Both the position numbers and the translations under genes were made by a program. Under the pieces are notes generated by a model. It saw only the letters and a program-made list of their open reading frames with translations, was not told where the DNA came from and made no database searches. Source: Paraspadella gotoi (taxonomy: Eukaryota; Animalia; Chaetognatha). From it: a stretch of 54,674 nucleotides of DNA. The DNA lies in NCBI GenBank assembly GCA_051294375.1, contig CM119263.1, forward strand, positions 25,331,430-25,386,103, in the 5' to 3' direction. Shown piece by piece: positions 1 to 13,885 of the stretch; positions within the stretch are counted from its first letter, which is position 1; the number at the start of each line of letters is the position of its first letter.

Positions 1-129
1 CCCAGCTCCATCAAAACCCCAGCCCCACCTCCTCTTATTCCCACCCCGCGTGGTTCCATCCGTCGCTTCCTTGACTTCGACCGCAGTATGAATTTTTTTT
101 CCGGAAGAAGAGAAGAAAAGAGAAGGGAG

Positions 130-438
130 GAAGAAAGGAATGGCTAAAATGGAGGAAGAAAAGGAGGAAAATGGGGGGAGAAAAGGAGGAAAATGGAGGA
201 AGAAAAAGAGGAAAATGAGGGAAGAAAAAAGGAAAAAATAAAAGAAGAAAAGGAGGAAAATGGAGAAAGAAAAAGGAAAAAAATGGGGGGAGAAAAAGAG
301 AAAAATTGGGGAAGAAAAAGAGAAAAATGGAGGAAGAAAATGAGGAAAACGGAGGAAAGAGAAAAAGAGGAAAATGGAGAAAAATGAAGAAAAAAAGGAC
401 GGAAAAAAATAAAAAATAGAGGAAAGAAACTGGAGGAA
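130..438. repeat. Purine-rich low-complexity tract (GGAGGAAAA / GAAGAAAA-like)
   Basis: Almost only A and G with degenerate short units; it produces the spurious E/K-rich ORF 193..387. Confidence 0.85.
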
Positions 439-1128
439 ATAATAATATCTTGGATAATTTGGAAACGCTTATTAAATTATTAAATTATTAAATTATTAAA
501 TCTTCTTTGAACTGAAATCCTCAATTTACTTCTTCGTCCAATTTCCTCTCCTCCTCATCTTCCTCCTTCCTCGCCTTCGTCCTCTCTCTTTCCCGGTCCT
601 TCTCCCTCTCCATCGCTTTCTCCCCCGCCTCCACAGGCCAAAGAACCTATTTTCCATTTTCGGTCTTTGGTATCGTCTTCCCTTTCGTCGTCGTCGTCGT
701 CGTCGTCGTCGTCCTCCTATCTTCTTTTTTTTTTGGTGCCGGAAATGAAGTCGGCGACTGAGACGTCGACGGCGAAGACGATGATTTCTTGTTACGCGTT
801 TGGGACGCCGTCGATTGAAGGCCGAGCGGACCATCGTTTCGACTTCCCTCTGGTCTCTGACGACGATGACGACGAACGCGACGTTGGGGGATGACGACGA
901 ATATAATGACAAAGAGCTACGATTATTGAGTATGATAATGATAAGAAAGGTCGACCAAGTTATAATGTATAATAACGGTCATAAATGTTAAACGTTTAAA
1001 ACAAATTAAAACAACCAATTAGTATCAACGATGCGGAACGTAAGAATTATAATAAAAGATGATCATAATCTTCATTGTGATAATGATAATATATAACGAA
1101 TAGATAACGACTAAGGAATATGATTTTA

Positions 1129-1160
<32 letters not shown>

Positions 1161-2058
1161 CAACAACGACTTCTTCCCTCTGGTCTTTGGTCCGACGACT
1201 TCTCAGCTTCTTTTCTCTTCCGTTTCCTTTCAGCAGAAAAAAAAATGTGCGTTTTTTCCGCCNNNNNNNNNNNNNNNNNNNNNNNNNNNNNNNNNNNNNN
1301 NNNNNNNNNNNNNNNNNNNNNNNNNNNNNNNNNNNNNNNNNNNNNNNNNNNNNNNNNNNNNNNNNNNNNNNNNNNNNNNNNNNNNNNNNNNNNNNNNNNN
1401 NNNNNNNNNNNNNNNNNNNNNNNNNNNNNNNNNNNNNNNNNNNNNNNNNNNNNNNNNNNNNNNNNNNNNNNNNNNNNNNNNNNNNNNNNNNNNNNNNNNN
1501 NNNNNNNNNNNNNNNNNNNNNNNNNNNNNNNNNNNNNNNNNNNNNNNNNNNNNNNNNNNNNNNNNGGAGGTAGAAAAGGAAGAAAAGAGAAGAGAAAGAA
1601 TTTCCATCCCAATTCCTTCTCTGGGTGGATCCCCTCCGCATAGCCCGCTGGGTCCTTGGCACCATAGAAAATGGTGCCAAGGAATTCCCACCCCTCGTTC
1701 TACCGGATTCTCCTTCTTCGACGTCATTGGTCCCTCTCCTCGATGGCGCGAAGTTTCTGAGCCAATGGCCGTCGAGAGAAAACTTGGTAGAAGTCAAAGC
1801 ATTTTGGGGGGGGGCATCGTGAGCGGGGGCCCGGGGGAGTTAATGAGTTGTTACTCAACTTACCAGAGCGTAGTAGAAGTTTAACAATTTTAATAATAAT
1901 CATTTCTTTTAGAATTAAAGCCATCAAATAATATTAAAATTTTTGATTTGATATTTTTTTTTGGAGAATAAAGAACTCAACGTCATTTGGAAAGTACCAC
2001 AAATTACTCTGCTACGAATGTAGAGTTCTTTCTTTTCGACCGAAAAAGCTCGGATCTG

Positions 2059-2224
2059 TCTTGGTTTCATGAATATTAAAAGATTAAAATTTTGGAGTAA
2101 AAAAATTCAAAACTGGAACAACGCTGCTAAATTTTTTTTTAGCCTAATGAGTAATTTTCTGTAATTCTAAGACAGATATAGACAGATAATCTTTATCGAA
2201 GATGGAATAAGAAAAAGTGCTGCC

Positions 2225-2278
<54 letters not shown>

Positions 2279-2810
2279 TTCTCTTTCTGATTCATGCGCA
2301 TTGATTTTCTTTTTTTTTCTAAAAGAGACACAGAATGACAAAAGAGCAGCGGCACCAAATATGGAGAAAAGAAAATTTTTGGACGAGAAAAAAATTAATC
2401 AATAAAATATTGAATCTGGAATAGCGCTCGGGCTCGTCTCTCTCTCTCATCTCTCTCTCTCTCCTCTCTCTCTCTCTCCTCTCTCGCTCGTCTCCTTCGT
2501 CATCTCTCTCTCTCTCTGACTCCCTCTCTCCAAGGCATTTTCTAAACATTATTATGACATAAACACGAATGACGTTATTGATTGAGCAATGAGTACAACG
2601 TAATCTTTCCATCTTTTTTCCGCCCGACTCGTCATTCGTTAATTGCCTTCGTCTTTAATTCCCGCTAATTTTTCCTTTAACCTCTTTGCTTCTTTCTTCA
2701 CCTTTCTTCGGCTCATCCCTTCTTTATTTCCCTGTTTTTTTCCTTTCTTTTCCTTTTTTTTCTGTGGAGAAAAGAAAAGAGAATCGATGATTGAGAATTA
2801 GTTTTTTTTC
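2059..2810 (+). repeat. ~750-bp tandem duplication, copy 1
   Basis: Runs from cttggtttcatgaatatt to gagaattagttttttt and is colinear with 2829-3594. Confidence 0.95.
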
Positions 2811-2828
2811 CACCACAGAGAGAGATTG

Positions 2829-3594
2829 CTTGGTTTCATGAAATATTAAAAGATAAAGATTTGGAGTAAAATTCAAAACATGGAACACACGCTGCTAAAT
2901 TTTTTTTAGCTAATGAGTAATTTTCTGTAAATATCTAAGACAGATATACGACAGACTAATCTTTATCGAAGATGGGAAAAAGAAAAAGGTGCTGCCAATA
3001 TTTCTCTCTCTGCTCTCTCTCTACTCTCTCTATCTCTCTCTCTCTCTCGTCTTCTCTTTCTGATTCATGCGCATTGATTTTCTTTTTTTTCTAAAAGAGA
3101 CACAGAAATGACAAAAGCAGCGGCACACCAATATGGAGAAAAGATAAAATTCTTTGACGAGAAAAAAATTAATCAATAAACTATTGAATCTGGAATAGCG
3201 CTCGGGCTCGTCTCTCTCTCTCATCTCTCTCTCTCTCCTCTCTCTCTCTCTCCTCTCTCGCTCGTCTCCTTCGTCATCTCTCTCTCTCTCTGACTCCCTC
3301 TCATCAACGGCATTTTCTAAAACACTTTATTATGACATAAACACGAATGACGTTAATTGATTGAGCAATGAGTACAACGTAAATCTTTCCTCTTTTTCCG
3401 CCGACTCGTCATTCGTTAATTTGCTTCGTCTTTATATTCCGCTAATTTTCCTTTAACCCTCTTTGGCTTCTTTCTTCACCTTTTCTTCGGCTCATCCTTC
3501 TTTATTTCCTGTTTTTTTCCTTTCTTTCCTTTTTTTTCTGTGGAAGAAAAGAAAAGAGAATCGATGATTGAGAATTAGTTTTTTTTTTTTTTTC
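2829..3594 (+). repeat. ~750-bp tandem duplication, copy 2
   Basis: Same sequence as 2059-2810, differing mostly by single-base insertions and deletions. Confidence 0.95.
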
Positions 3595-3619
3595 TCCAAA
3601 GCAGAAAAAGCGGAAGCGG

Positions 3620-3685
<66 letters not shown>

Positions 3686-4078
3686 NNNNNNNNNNNNNNN
3701 NNNNNNNNNNAGAGAGAGAGAGAGAGAGACGATTCAATTGTCTCTTTAGGAGGATAATCTGTACTTATTTTTAACAAACGAAGACTTGTTTCTGTTTTTT
3801 ATAATTTTTTGTTTATTTTTTTAATTTTTTTTATTGCAGTTTTCTCTCTTTACTTGTTTTTCCCCGCATCAATTCTTTCAATATCAAACCTTAGATACCG
3901 TCTATTGGTGTTGTTATATTGTTCTTGTATTTAATTATTTAATTTTTGTTGAATTTCACGTCTAGTAAATATTTATATGATTAAAATTAATTAAACAAAA
4001 AAGTGTAAGAGTTTTCTTTCAAAAATGCATTCACCAGTGGATGTCTTTGTTTTAGTTTACATGATTTAAAAACAAAAG

Positions 4079-4115
<37 letters not shown>

Positions 4116-4205
4116 NNNNNNNNNNNNNNNNNNNNNNNNNNNNNNNNNNNNNNNNNNNNNNNNNNNNNNNNNNNNNNNNNNNNNNNNNNNNNNNNNNNNN
4201 NNNNN

Positions 4206-4236
<31 letters not shown>

Positions 4237-4561
4237 CAGCTTCCGTCTTATCTCCCTCTCTGTCGCCATCGCTGCGAAGAATTGAAAAGCCCCAAACTTG
4301 ATAAATCTGCCAGAACACGGGTTCTAAATCCTTGGCTGCGTGTGGCGATAAACACGTCTCGGACTCGGATTGATCTCTCACACTCTCTCTTTTTTTTTCT
4401 CTCTCTCTCTCTTTTTTTCTTTATCTTTCCTATTTTTCTCCTACACTTCGTATAAATTCCATATCCAGTTGAATGGTACAAGTTAACAAAAAAGTCATTG
4501 CTTTCGTTGTCTGTCTGTCGGTCTGTCTGTCTGCCTATGTGTCCCTCTGCCTGTGTCTGAA

Positions 4562-4692
<131 letters not shown>

Positions 4693-5047
4693 GCGAAAGT
4701 GAATTTTCGGCTTTGTGTGTGGGAGGCGTCGCGGGGGTGAAAGGCGCGATCAGGTTTCGAGTGGAGACGAAGTCCGGGGCGGAACTGCGGTGTGAAACGT
4801 GAAAGATCACGAGTGAAGATTCTTTGGGAGGTGAGTGAAAGGTGAGGGGGTGAGGAAGAGGGTCGAAGGCGGAGATGAATAAGAATCGTGGGTGCAGAGA
4901 ATCACTAAGAGATGAAGAGGATAAAGATTGTTGGCTGATTGGAAACTCTGGCCGCGTGATTCCCCATTTTGCACGTGGGATGATTGGAGGCGAATCGGGG
5001 TAATGTTGCCGCCGCCGCGGCGCAGGTGACCTTGGTGGGCGTGGGCG

Positions 5048-5177
5048 TCAATGGCGGCGTCGGCGAATATTTCCCGCCATCGCGAAGCAATATTCCACGA
5101 TCGCTTCCCTCCGAAGCCTTCGAACGTAACGAAGAAGATTATCCTGATAAGCTTTATCAATATTGAGAAGACTATAC
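5048..5177 (-). CDS. Possible terminal coding exon, product unknown
   Basis: After CAG at 5180-5178 the frame reads (R)YSLLNIDKAYQDNLLRYVRRLRREAIVEYCFAMAGNIRRRRH*, which has protein-like composition. The acceptor has no pyrimidine tract and no homologue is recognised. Confidence 0.2.
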
Positions 5178-5593
5178 CTGATTTGGATCATATTTATTCT
5201 CCAAATCAACATTTTGAAAAACAATGACAATCATTGCATGATATTAGTCCCCGAAGTCCAAACTACAAAGGCAAAATTTTTACTTACGAATTTGTTAGTA
5301 TAAGTTTATTGAGTAACACGGAACCGAAATGAAGGTTGCAAAGCAAACAAACTTAGCTTAACGGCCATTTTTTTATTATTCGCAAGACTACAATGACATT
5401 TTTCATTGTGCCCCGCATGTGATACATTTTTCGTTGGGTGAATCAATAAGCGGTCGGCCTTGTCGTGTCGCCATCGTCGTCGTCATCGTCGTCGTCTCTC
5501 AACATTAATTCTTAAGAATCCAACGTCGCATTCAAAGTGGCATCGAAGAATCACGGACGAGGATGGAATATCACGCGACGGAATCGAGTTGGG

Positions 5594-5697
<104 letters not shown>

Positions 5698-6073
5698 AAG
5701 ACAGACAGACAGACAGGAAATCCAAGAACGGGAATGAAAGATCGGCGCAAAAGGAAGAAGGAAAAGATTTGGTTTCAACCATCATCTTTGTCTTTCACGA
5801 AACACAAAACGCGAAAATATCAGAAAGGCATTATTGGTTTTAAAAAAAGACCCCAAAAAAGGTCAGGACGACGACTTTTTGGGTCTTAAAAAAGAGAAGA
5901 AGGTCGAAGAGGCTTTTCTGGCTCTTAAAATTCGAAGGAAAAAGGGAAGGGTCCGCTGACCCCGAAACAAACTGAGAAATCCGAAAAACACGAGAACAAA
6001 AATTTATCTTCGAAAAAAAAAATCCGCGATCTTCCATCACGTTGTGTCTCCCTCTCTAAATCTTTTTTCGTCG

Positions 6074-6149
<76 letters not shown>

Positions 6150-7069
6150 AAAAACGATCCAAAAGCGGTTTCGGGTCCTGAGGGTCAAAAGAAGGTCGAC
6201 GGCATCACAAGTCGGAGTCAACTGGAGTTTGATAAAAATGGGGAGAAGCGAAACTGGGTGGTCTTTGAAAAGGTGGTGGTGTGGTGGGGGGAATGAGGGT
6301 GGTTGTTTGAAGGGGAGGTGATACGAAATATCCGAAGAAGTGAAAGGGGTTGACCAAAGGGGAAAAGACGCGAACAGAGGAAGAATTGGAAAGAAGGGAA
6401 AAATGATAGAAGAAGAAAGAAAAACTAGAGAGTATGGGAAAGAATAATCTCTTTATTAAATGGAAAATACATTAATAATAATTTAAATTTCGGAAGATTA
6501 AAAAAAAGAGGACCTGCGAAAACTATTAGGATAAAAAAGAGAAAGGAGAAACAAGGTAACAGGATGTTTCGTAACGAATTTATTGGTGAATATGAACAAA
6601 TTATCTTTCATCAAACAATTTCAATACGCAACGAAACGAAAGAAATTACACCTGGTGAATTTGAACGCAAACGTCGTCTTGGTCGTCTTTTTCTTCACCG
6701 AAACGTCAGAAAGATTCACAAGGAATCGTCAAAATCCGCGGTTTTGTCTTTCGCCCTAGAATACGACGACGACGACGACGACATTTCCGACGATGTACGA
6801 TTTGATAACAGGACGATAGCGTTGGTTCGATCGGGTTGTTTTCTTGTCGCGTTTTTATAGCAGTCTACATTTTCGATAGTTGGATAGTAAAGAGAATCAA
6901 TATTTTGGAGAGAAAAGAAGAAAATATAGAATGAAATGAAGAGAGACAGCGAGACAGATATATTTACAGATATATTTACAGATATATTTACAGATACTCG
7001 TCACGGAGATGAAAAGTTGCCTCGTGTTTCCTTAATTTCAACTATTATTGTTTTATGTCACAAACTTAC

Positions 7070-7304
7070 CAAATATGACGGAGTGAGAGATGATAGAGAG
7101 GAGAGAAATATTTCATGTTGTGACACAATGTATCGGAAGATTAGCGAATGTGGAATCGACTTTGCGTGTGATGGAATCGTGAATTCGGAATTGTTAGGGG
7201 AGTCGGGTGGAATCATTGAACGGGTGGGAGAGGGGACAAAGGGGTGGGGATCTTTCGAAGATTGTGAAAGGATTGATGAGGAAGAAGAATGTCCCGCGGA
7301 CGAG
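7070..7304 (-). CDS. Putative 235-nt internal exon, Ser/Pro-rich, product unknown
   Basis: (CT)n tract plus TTGTCTAG acceptor ending at 7305, and a consensus G|GTAAGT donor at 7069. One frame is open throughout (SSAGHSSSSSILSQSSKDPHPF...SSLTPSYL). Confidence 0.35.
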
Positions 7305-7314
7305 CTAGACAAGA

Positions 7315-7369
<55 letters not shown>

Positions 7370-8761
7370 CGAGAGGAGAGAGAGAGAGAGAAGAAAAAAA
7401 GAAAAGGCCCTCGTTTGGTTTCAACATGCAAGAGAGACTCTGACCGAAAGATTTACTGTTCTGCGACTCACCACCGAGAGGAAAAAAAATGAAGGGGGAG
7501 AGAGAGAGGGGATAAGAGAGGCGAGGGACAGAGAGCGAGTGAAAATATAAAAAAATAAGAAAGAGCATAAAAAAAAGGGGAAGAATCCTTTTCTGGTCCA
7601 ATGGCGACCCCGCCTCGAGAGAAGGAAACAAAATCAATGGCCTTTGCCAGTGAATGGCGGAAGCGATTGTGGGGAGGGAGGTGGGGGGACCAGTGGACCA
7701 GGGGGACCAGAGGGGGTGAGGGAAGTACAAAGGGAAAGGCATTCGGGTTGGGGAAAAAGGGGTTGTGGGAAACAAGGAAAAGGGTCGGTAAATGGAGGCC
7801 GTGGGGAGATACTAGTCTCTACAGAGGAACTTTCATTGGCGTACAGGGGATATAGGAAGGACCAACTCACAGACGTTATCCGAATGTATATAAAGTTGGG
7901 AGATCGTCGTCATAGTAACGCGATGAACGTGAAATTTAATAAAATCGACGCACGACGCCACTTCGGTCGATGACTCCGACAAAACGAAAATAGTAAAAAG
8001 GAAAAAAAAACGGAAGAAAGAATGAAAGAAAGAAGGTAAAAAACAGAAAATAAAATAAGGAAAGCAATAAAACGTATGTACACAATCATTTTTAGCTAAA
8101 AATAAAAGCCCTGAATTGAAGCGAATGAGAATCCGAAAGAAATTAAGAAAGGGTGGCATAAAAAAAAATATAATGCTTTTTGTCGGCATTCCTGATTTGT
8201 TTCGCGAATTCGTGACGTAATCAAGTCGTTCTTTCGCAGTCGCCAAACGACAACAAGAAGAAGGGAAAGATATTTATGGTGTTTGATAATGACTGACAAT
8301 AGGAAAACGATGAGGTGAGGAGTGGGAAGATGCAGAGACGAGAGAGAGACGAGCAGACGAGAGAGAGAGGAGATGAGGAGAGAGAGACTGAGAGAGCAGA
8401 GAGCTACGAGAGAGAGAGAGAGACAGAGAACGTCTGGGTTAAGTCAAGGCACGTCCAAGGAATGGTCCCCAACGCGGCGGAGGGGGGAAGCGGAATGGCG
8501 CAATAAATAGTGATAAACTGGGCGGCGTCACCGGAAGAGAGAGAGAGAGGGCCCGGATGTGAGAAGAGCTGAAATAAAAGGAAGGCCCCCGGATGTAATG
8601 GTAAAATGATGGAATGGCTTTTGACGTCGAAAGCAGAGATAAAAGGGGGGGGAAGAAAGAGAGTCAAGGGCGGGAGTCGAAAAAAAAAAAGGTTCTCTAA
8701 TTTAAGTATTGAAAGAGACGAGTGAAGGATCGATTGGGAGGAACGGAATGTGTTTTTTTTT

Positions 8762-8955
8762 TGTCTACTTGGTTTGTCCAATGTCTACTTGGTTTGTCTA
8801 ATGTCTACTTGGCTTGTCTAATGTCTTCTTGGCTTGTCTAATGTCTACTTGGCTTGTCTAATGTCTACTTGGCTTGTCTAATGTCTACTTGGTTTGTCTA
8901 ATGTCTACTTGGCTTGTCTAATGTCTACTTGGTTTGTCTAATGTCTGCTTGGCTT
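8762..8955. repeat. 20-bp minisatellite (TGTCTACTTGGYTTGTCTAA) x ~9.7
   Basis: Direct head-to-tail copies with few substitutions and no spacers. Confidence 0.97.
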
Positions 8956-9273
8956 AAATGGATTAAAAACAAACGAAATTCGAAAATGTGATTTCGGCGC
9001 GTTCGGGAAATTTCACTATTTTTAAAAAATATTTAGTTGTGTATCCTGGGACGATCAATATCGAAAGTAAAAAAATACTACAAAAGAAGAAAGAAAGTAA
9101 ACTCACCCTAATTAAACGATTCCAATTTTTCACTCGCAATTTTTTTTTGAAGAATTTAATTTTGGGAAAACAAATTTTCTGAATTTTTTTCTGACTTCGT
9201 TGATTCCACCGACGGCGAAGCTGGAAGCGAAACAAATGAGCAATTAACTATCGGAAGTTAAAAATTGAATGAA

Positions 9274-9393
<120 letters not shown>

Positions 9394-11637
9394 AACAATG
9401 AGAGTCTCACCTGATTTTTGTGCGATTTTCAGTCTGGAAGAGAGAGAGTTGAGTGAAGGAGTGTCGCTGGTGGAAGTGTCGAGAAGTTGGAAGTGTCTTT
9501 TAGAGTGGAAAGGTTTTTGGAAGGACGAGGGATTTCGAAAGGATCGTCCACGATATCAATAGAAGACGAGTTTGGATTAAAATTCACTGATTGATCGGTC
9601 GATTTCACGCTGATTTGTTGATTGATTGATTGAACGATCGGACGAGTTATGGAATATAAAGGGGAAGATTAAAATGTGGTTTTTTTTTGGCTATGACAAA
9701 GATATTTACTTAATGAGTGTAAACAAACAACAAAAACAAAGACCTAAGAAACAACGAAACAAAATAACACGACTAGGGAAGTTAAACAACGATGTCGAAC
9801 AAAATGGAAACGAGTCTTTTTTTTTTTTTTGAGTATCAATAAAAGTTGCGAAATTTAAGGTTTGAGATCAGTTTTAGAAGAGGGATGCCACGAAGTTGTT
9901 GAAGGGAAGCGATAAGGTTAATTCTATTGTTTAAAAAGAAGATTTTTTTTTTTTAAATTGTTAATAGATTCTCGATTGTTATCACGTGATCGTTGTGAAA
10001 GATGAAAAAATGGAAAAGATGAAGGGGAGGAGCGTCAATGGTGATCTTCGACGAAAAACGTTCTAATTCGTCACTGCATGCGTCAATGCGTGCGTCACTG
10101 CGTGTAGCTCTGCGTGCGTCAACGTGTATCTCACAGCGAGTTTTTGGGGTTTTTTTTCTTTCTGTTTCTCTTTTTTTTTCTTTTTCAGTTTCGCGTCAAC
10201 TTTTTGTTTTAATTTTTCTTTTCTTTTTCTTTGGCGAATTGAAATCGCGATTGTCGAATGAATGAGTCGGGCAGATATTTCTTTTTCTTTCTATATTTGT
10301 ATTCTGAAGAGATTTTAAGTATTTTTGTCTTTGGCTTTCGATATAAAAAAATCAAGAAAAAGTGAGTTTGTGCGACGGAGTGAAATAAAAAAAAAGACTG
10401 ATGATTGTCGTTCTCGGTTTCCAACCTGAGAGGGAAAGTTTAGAAGTTAATTTACTTTTAATACAACCTTTCCGTTTGTAGCGAAATTATTTAGCTACAA
10501 TCATAATTACGGTCGTCGCCGTCGTATTCGTCGTTGTCAAAGTCGTCGTCGTCATTTTCATTATCGCCATTAAAAAAGAAATCTCCGTCTAACGTCCGAA
10601 TCGCAATTATCGGGGTCGCTCGACTCAACCCTCTCTGTCTCTATCGTCGTCGTTATCGTCGTCATCGTCGCCATCGTCGTCATCGTCGTTGTCAAGCCGA
10701 CTCTTTCCTAAAAAAAAAAAAGTCGTGCGACAGTCGAGACTTGTTGCTTCTATTTTAGAATTCGACTTTTTCTCGATTCCCTTTTTCTCTTTTTTTTTGA
10801 TTTTCGAACCAACAAAAAAATATGGATGCTGTAGTGGTAGTATTTCATATTTCATATTTCATATTTCATATTTCATATTTCATATTTCATACCCCACCGT
10901 TTCATAGTAAAACCGAATTAACATACCTGGCTTTCCTTTAAATTTGCTGGAGGACAGAGTGAGTTCCGTGGCGAATGACTAATTCCCACATCGGGTGCCG
11001 ATGGATGAGGTCAGAAAGTCGGAATTTAAAATCTGACTGACTTTATTTTTTTTATTAAAAAAAAAATTTTTCTTCGAGAAAAAAATGATGAAATTATCGA
11101 TATTTAGGGAGAAATCGATTTACGATTGATTCGTTGCAATTGTCTTTGGTTGTCGTCGAAATCATCATCGTCGTCGTCGTCGTCGTCTTCTTCGTCATCT
11201 TCCTCGAGCAGAATCTTTCATCACGAGTAAGTTTCTCTTGTGTGTGTGTCCGTGTGTTTAGGTTTCGCGAACCTGACCCGGCGTGTGATTTCGAATCGGC
11301 CGGGTGATTCTCACCTGGAAATATCTTGACCGAGAGTATCAACGGGCGGAGTGATCGAGTGAGTAGTTCATCGTTCGTTCGAAAAATATAAACGGTGAAT
11401 GTGGGGCTTTTTTCACGTTTGGGTTTTTGAAAAAAAATCTGGAAGAGAAAAAAAGTTGGGAAAATCGATCTGGAAGAAGTTGGAGGAAGGAAAGATGGAA
11501 TCACGAGAAAAATTGGTTCCGAGTTTTGGAGTCGGAAAGTTTTCGCGCGCGTCTCTCTCTCNNNNNNNNNNGGAGGAAGGAGGAAGAAGAAGAAGAGGAG
11601 GAACCGGAAGATCAAGAAAAAAAAAGAAGGAACCGAG

Positions 11638-11681
<44 letters not shown>

Positions 11682-12204
11682 AGATTCACCTTCTATGAGA
11701 CTAAAAACGCGAGCGAAAGAGAGAGAGAGGAAAAAAAAAAAGGAAAGAAACATAAGAAAGAAAGATTCTCGTCGTCGGCCCGAACCAAAAAAAAGAAAAG
11801 GAAAGAAGGATTCCTCTCTTCGTCCAATCAACGACCGGCGTCGGCGACCAGAACCGCGACGTGGGACCAATCAGGAGACACGTTTGAGAGAGGAGAGAGA
11901 GAGAGATGAGAGAAGAGAGAGACTCAGTGATGTTTACAGAGGAGACCAAGTCGAGATCGTTCGACGAGGGAGAGAGAGAGAGAGAGAAAGTCGGGGCGAG
12001 GAAGGAGAACGCGCTTCCGGTAGGAAATCCTTCGGCTTCTTCGTTGGTAGAGCAGGAGGAGAGGAGGAGGAGCGAACGCGCATAAATTAATGAGAAGGAG
12101 CATGAGGAAGGAGGAAGAGCGAGACGCGAAGTGGTAGTTGGTGGTGGAAGAAGACGACGAAGACTTTTTTTTTTTTTGCGAGGAGGAGACTGCGCGGACT
12201 CTCT

Positions 12205-12271
<67 letters not shown>

Positions 12272-12770
12272 TCTCATCTCTCTCGCTCTCTCTCATCTAG
12301 GAAGAAGGAGATCTCCTGGTCTTTCTCTTAAAGGTGGAGGAAAGGACGATGAGGAGAGAAGGAGGAGGCAGAAGAGTCACCCGGGTCTCTGATACGAGTT
12401 CCAACGCGCCAACGCCAGGGCGGGGAAACGGAGGGACAAGATTTGTTGGAAGAGGAGGAGGATAGGAGAGGGAAGGAAGACGCGGAAGGGAGGAAAGGGA
12501 GAAGGGACGGAGTCCACTCCCATTCGACGCGAAAAGAAGAAGAAGAAGGAAATGAGAAGAAAATGGGAAGTCCAAAAAAAAAAAAGTATATATTTCATCC
12601 ACACACACAAAAAAAAAAAAGGAAAAGAAATTAAAGAACCAAAAAAGTGACCATAATAAAAGAAGAAGAAAAAAAGGAAAAGAAATTTTGGAGCGACATG
12701 AAATGAAGAAGTAAAGAGGAACAAGAAGAAAATCTAACACGAATTTTTTTTTTTTTTTAGTTGAAGCTTA

Positions 12771-12972
12771 TTTAGATTATTTAGATTAATTTAGATTTTT
12801 AGATTATTAGATTATTAGGATTATTATTATTATTATTATTAATTATTATTATTATTTTATTATTATTATTATTATATTATTTATTATTATTTTATTATTA
12901 TTTTTTAGATTTATAGATTTAGCTCTATTTTAGATTTTAGATTATTTAGATTTTTAGATTATTTAGATTTTT
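12771..12972. repeat. Compound (TTAGATTWT)n/(TTA)n simple repeat (second copy 20303-20509)
   Basis: Directly visible. Confidence 0.9.
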
Positions 12973-13254
12973 TCTGAGTGATTCTTTATATTTGTCGCGT
13001 CGGGCGGTCAACCGGCCTGTCCCTTTCAACGAAGCGAAGCCGGGTCAATATATTAATAGAGAAAGAAATAGAAAGAAAATTAACAGATCCCTAAATTAAT
13101 TATCCCTCTCAGTAAGTGTTGTTTTTTTTTTGTTAAAAAAGACCTAGAAGACGGTCTGAGCATACAAAGATTAATACAAAAAGCTAATTAGTAAATATTT
13201 ATTTCGTTTTTTTTCTAAAATGAGAAAAGAAAACCCGATTGCTCGATGAACGAT

Positions 13255-13400
13255 CACGTGAGCCAGCCTCGCTTGCACGGACGCCATCTTAAATATCAAA
13301 TCTTATTTTATCCTAAATTTAAATAAATCTCCTTCGCTCGATCGAATCAGAATCGAGAAAAGAAGACGAAAATGGGAAATCCCTCGTGGGTCAGATGGCG
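13255..13400. promoter_or_regulatory. Possible promoter-like motif cluster
   Basis: E-box CACGTG at 13255-13260, YY1-type CGCCATCTT at 13282-13290 and AGATGGCG near 13393. Motif matches only. Confidence 0.2.
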
Positions 13401-13489
13401 CGAAGATGGTCGGAGATGATGGAGAGTTTCCGCTCGAATTGACGCGGAGTGGTGAACGAGCAAATGACGCAGAGAGAAGCGTCCGGATC

Positions 13490-13885
13490 TGTATCCTTAT
13501 CCTCTATTACCCTACCCTCTATCCCCTTATCCTCTACCCCATATCCTCTATCCCCTTATTCCTCTATCCCCCTTTCCCCTATCCCCTTATCCTCCATCCC
13601 CTGATCCTCATCCTCTATCCCCTTATCCTCTATCCCCTTATCCTCTATCCCCCTATCCTCCATCCCCTGATCCTTATCCCCTATCCTCTATCCCTATCCT
13701 CTATCCCCCTATCCCTTTATCCTCCATCCCTGTCCTCTATCCTCTATCCCCTTATCCTCTATCCCCCTTACCTTCCATCCCCTTATCCTCTACCCTTATC
13801 CTTCATCCCTTATCCTCAATCTCCAAATCCTCTATTCCCCTTATCCTCTATCCCTCTATCCTCTATCCCCCGAATCCCCATCCCC
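13490..13885. repeat. Degenerate ~15-bp pyrimidine-rich minisatellite (CCTTATCCTCTATCC)n (second copy 21525-21965)
   Basis: Repeating unit is visible; it explains the spurious LYPLI-repeat ORF 13406..13888. Confidence 0.9.

Noticed and set aside
6936-7550. 204-aa + strand ORF
   Set aside because: It starts in a 12-bp repeat and ends in (GA)n; the splice signals favour the opposite strand.
8762-8955. CRISPR-like array
   Set aside because: The repeats are contiguous with no unique spacers, there are no cas genes, and the context is eukaryotic.
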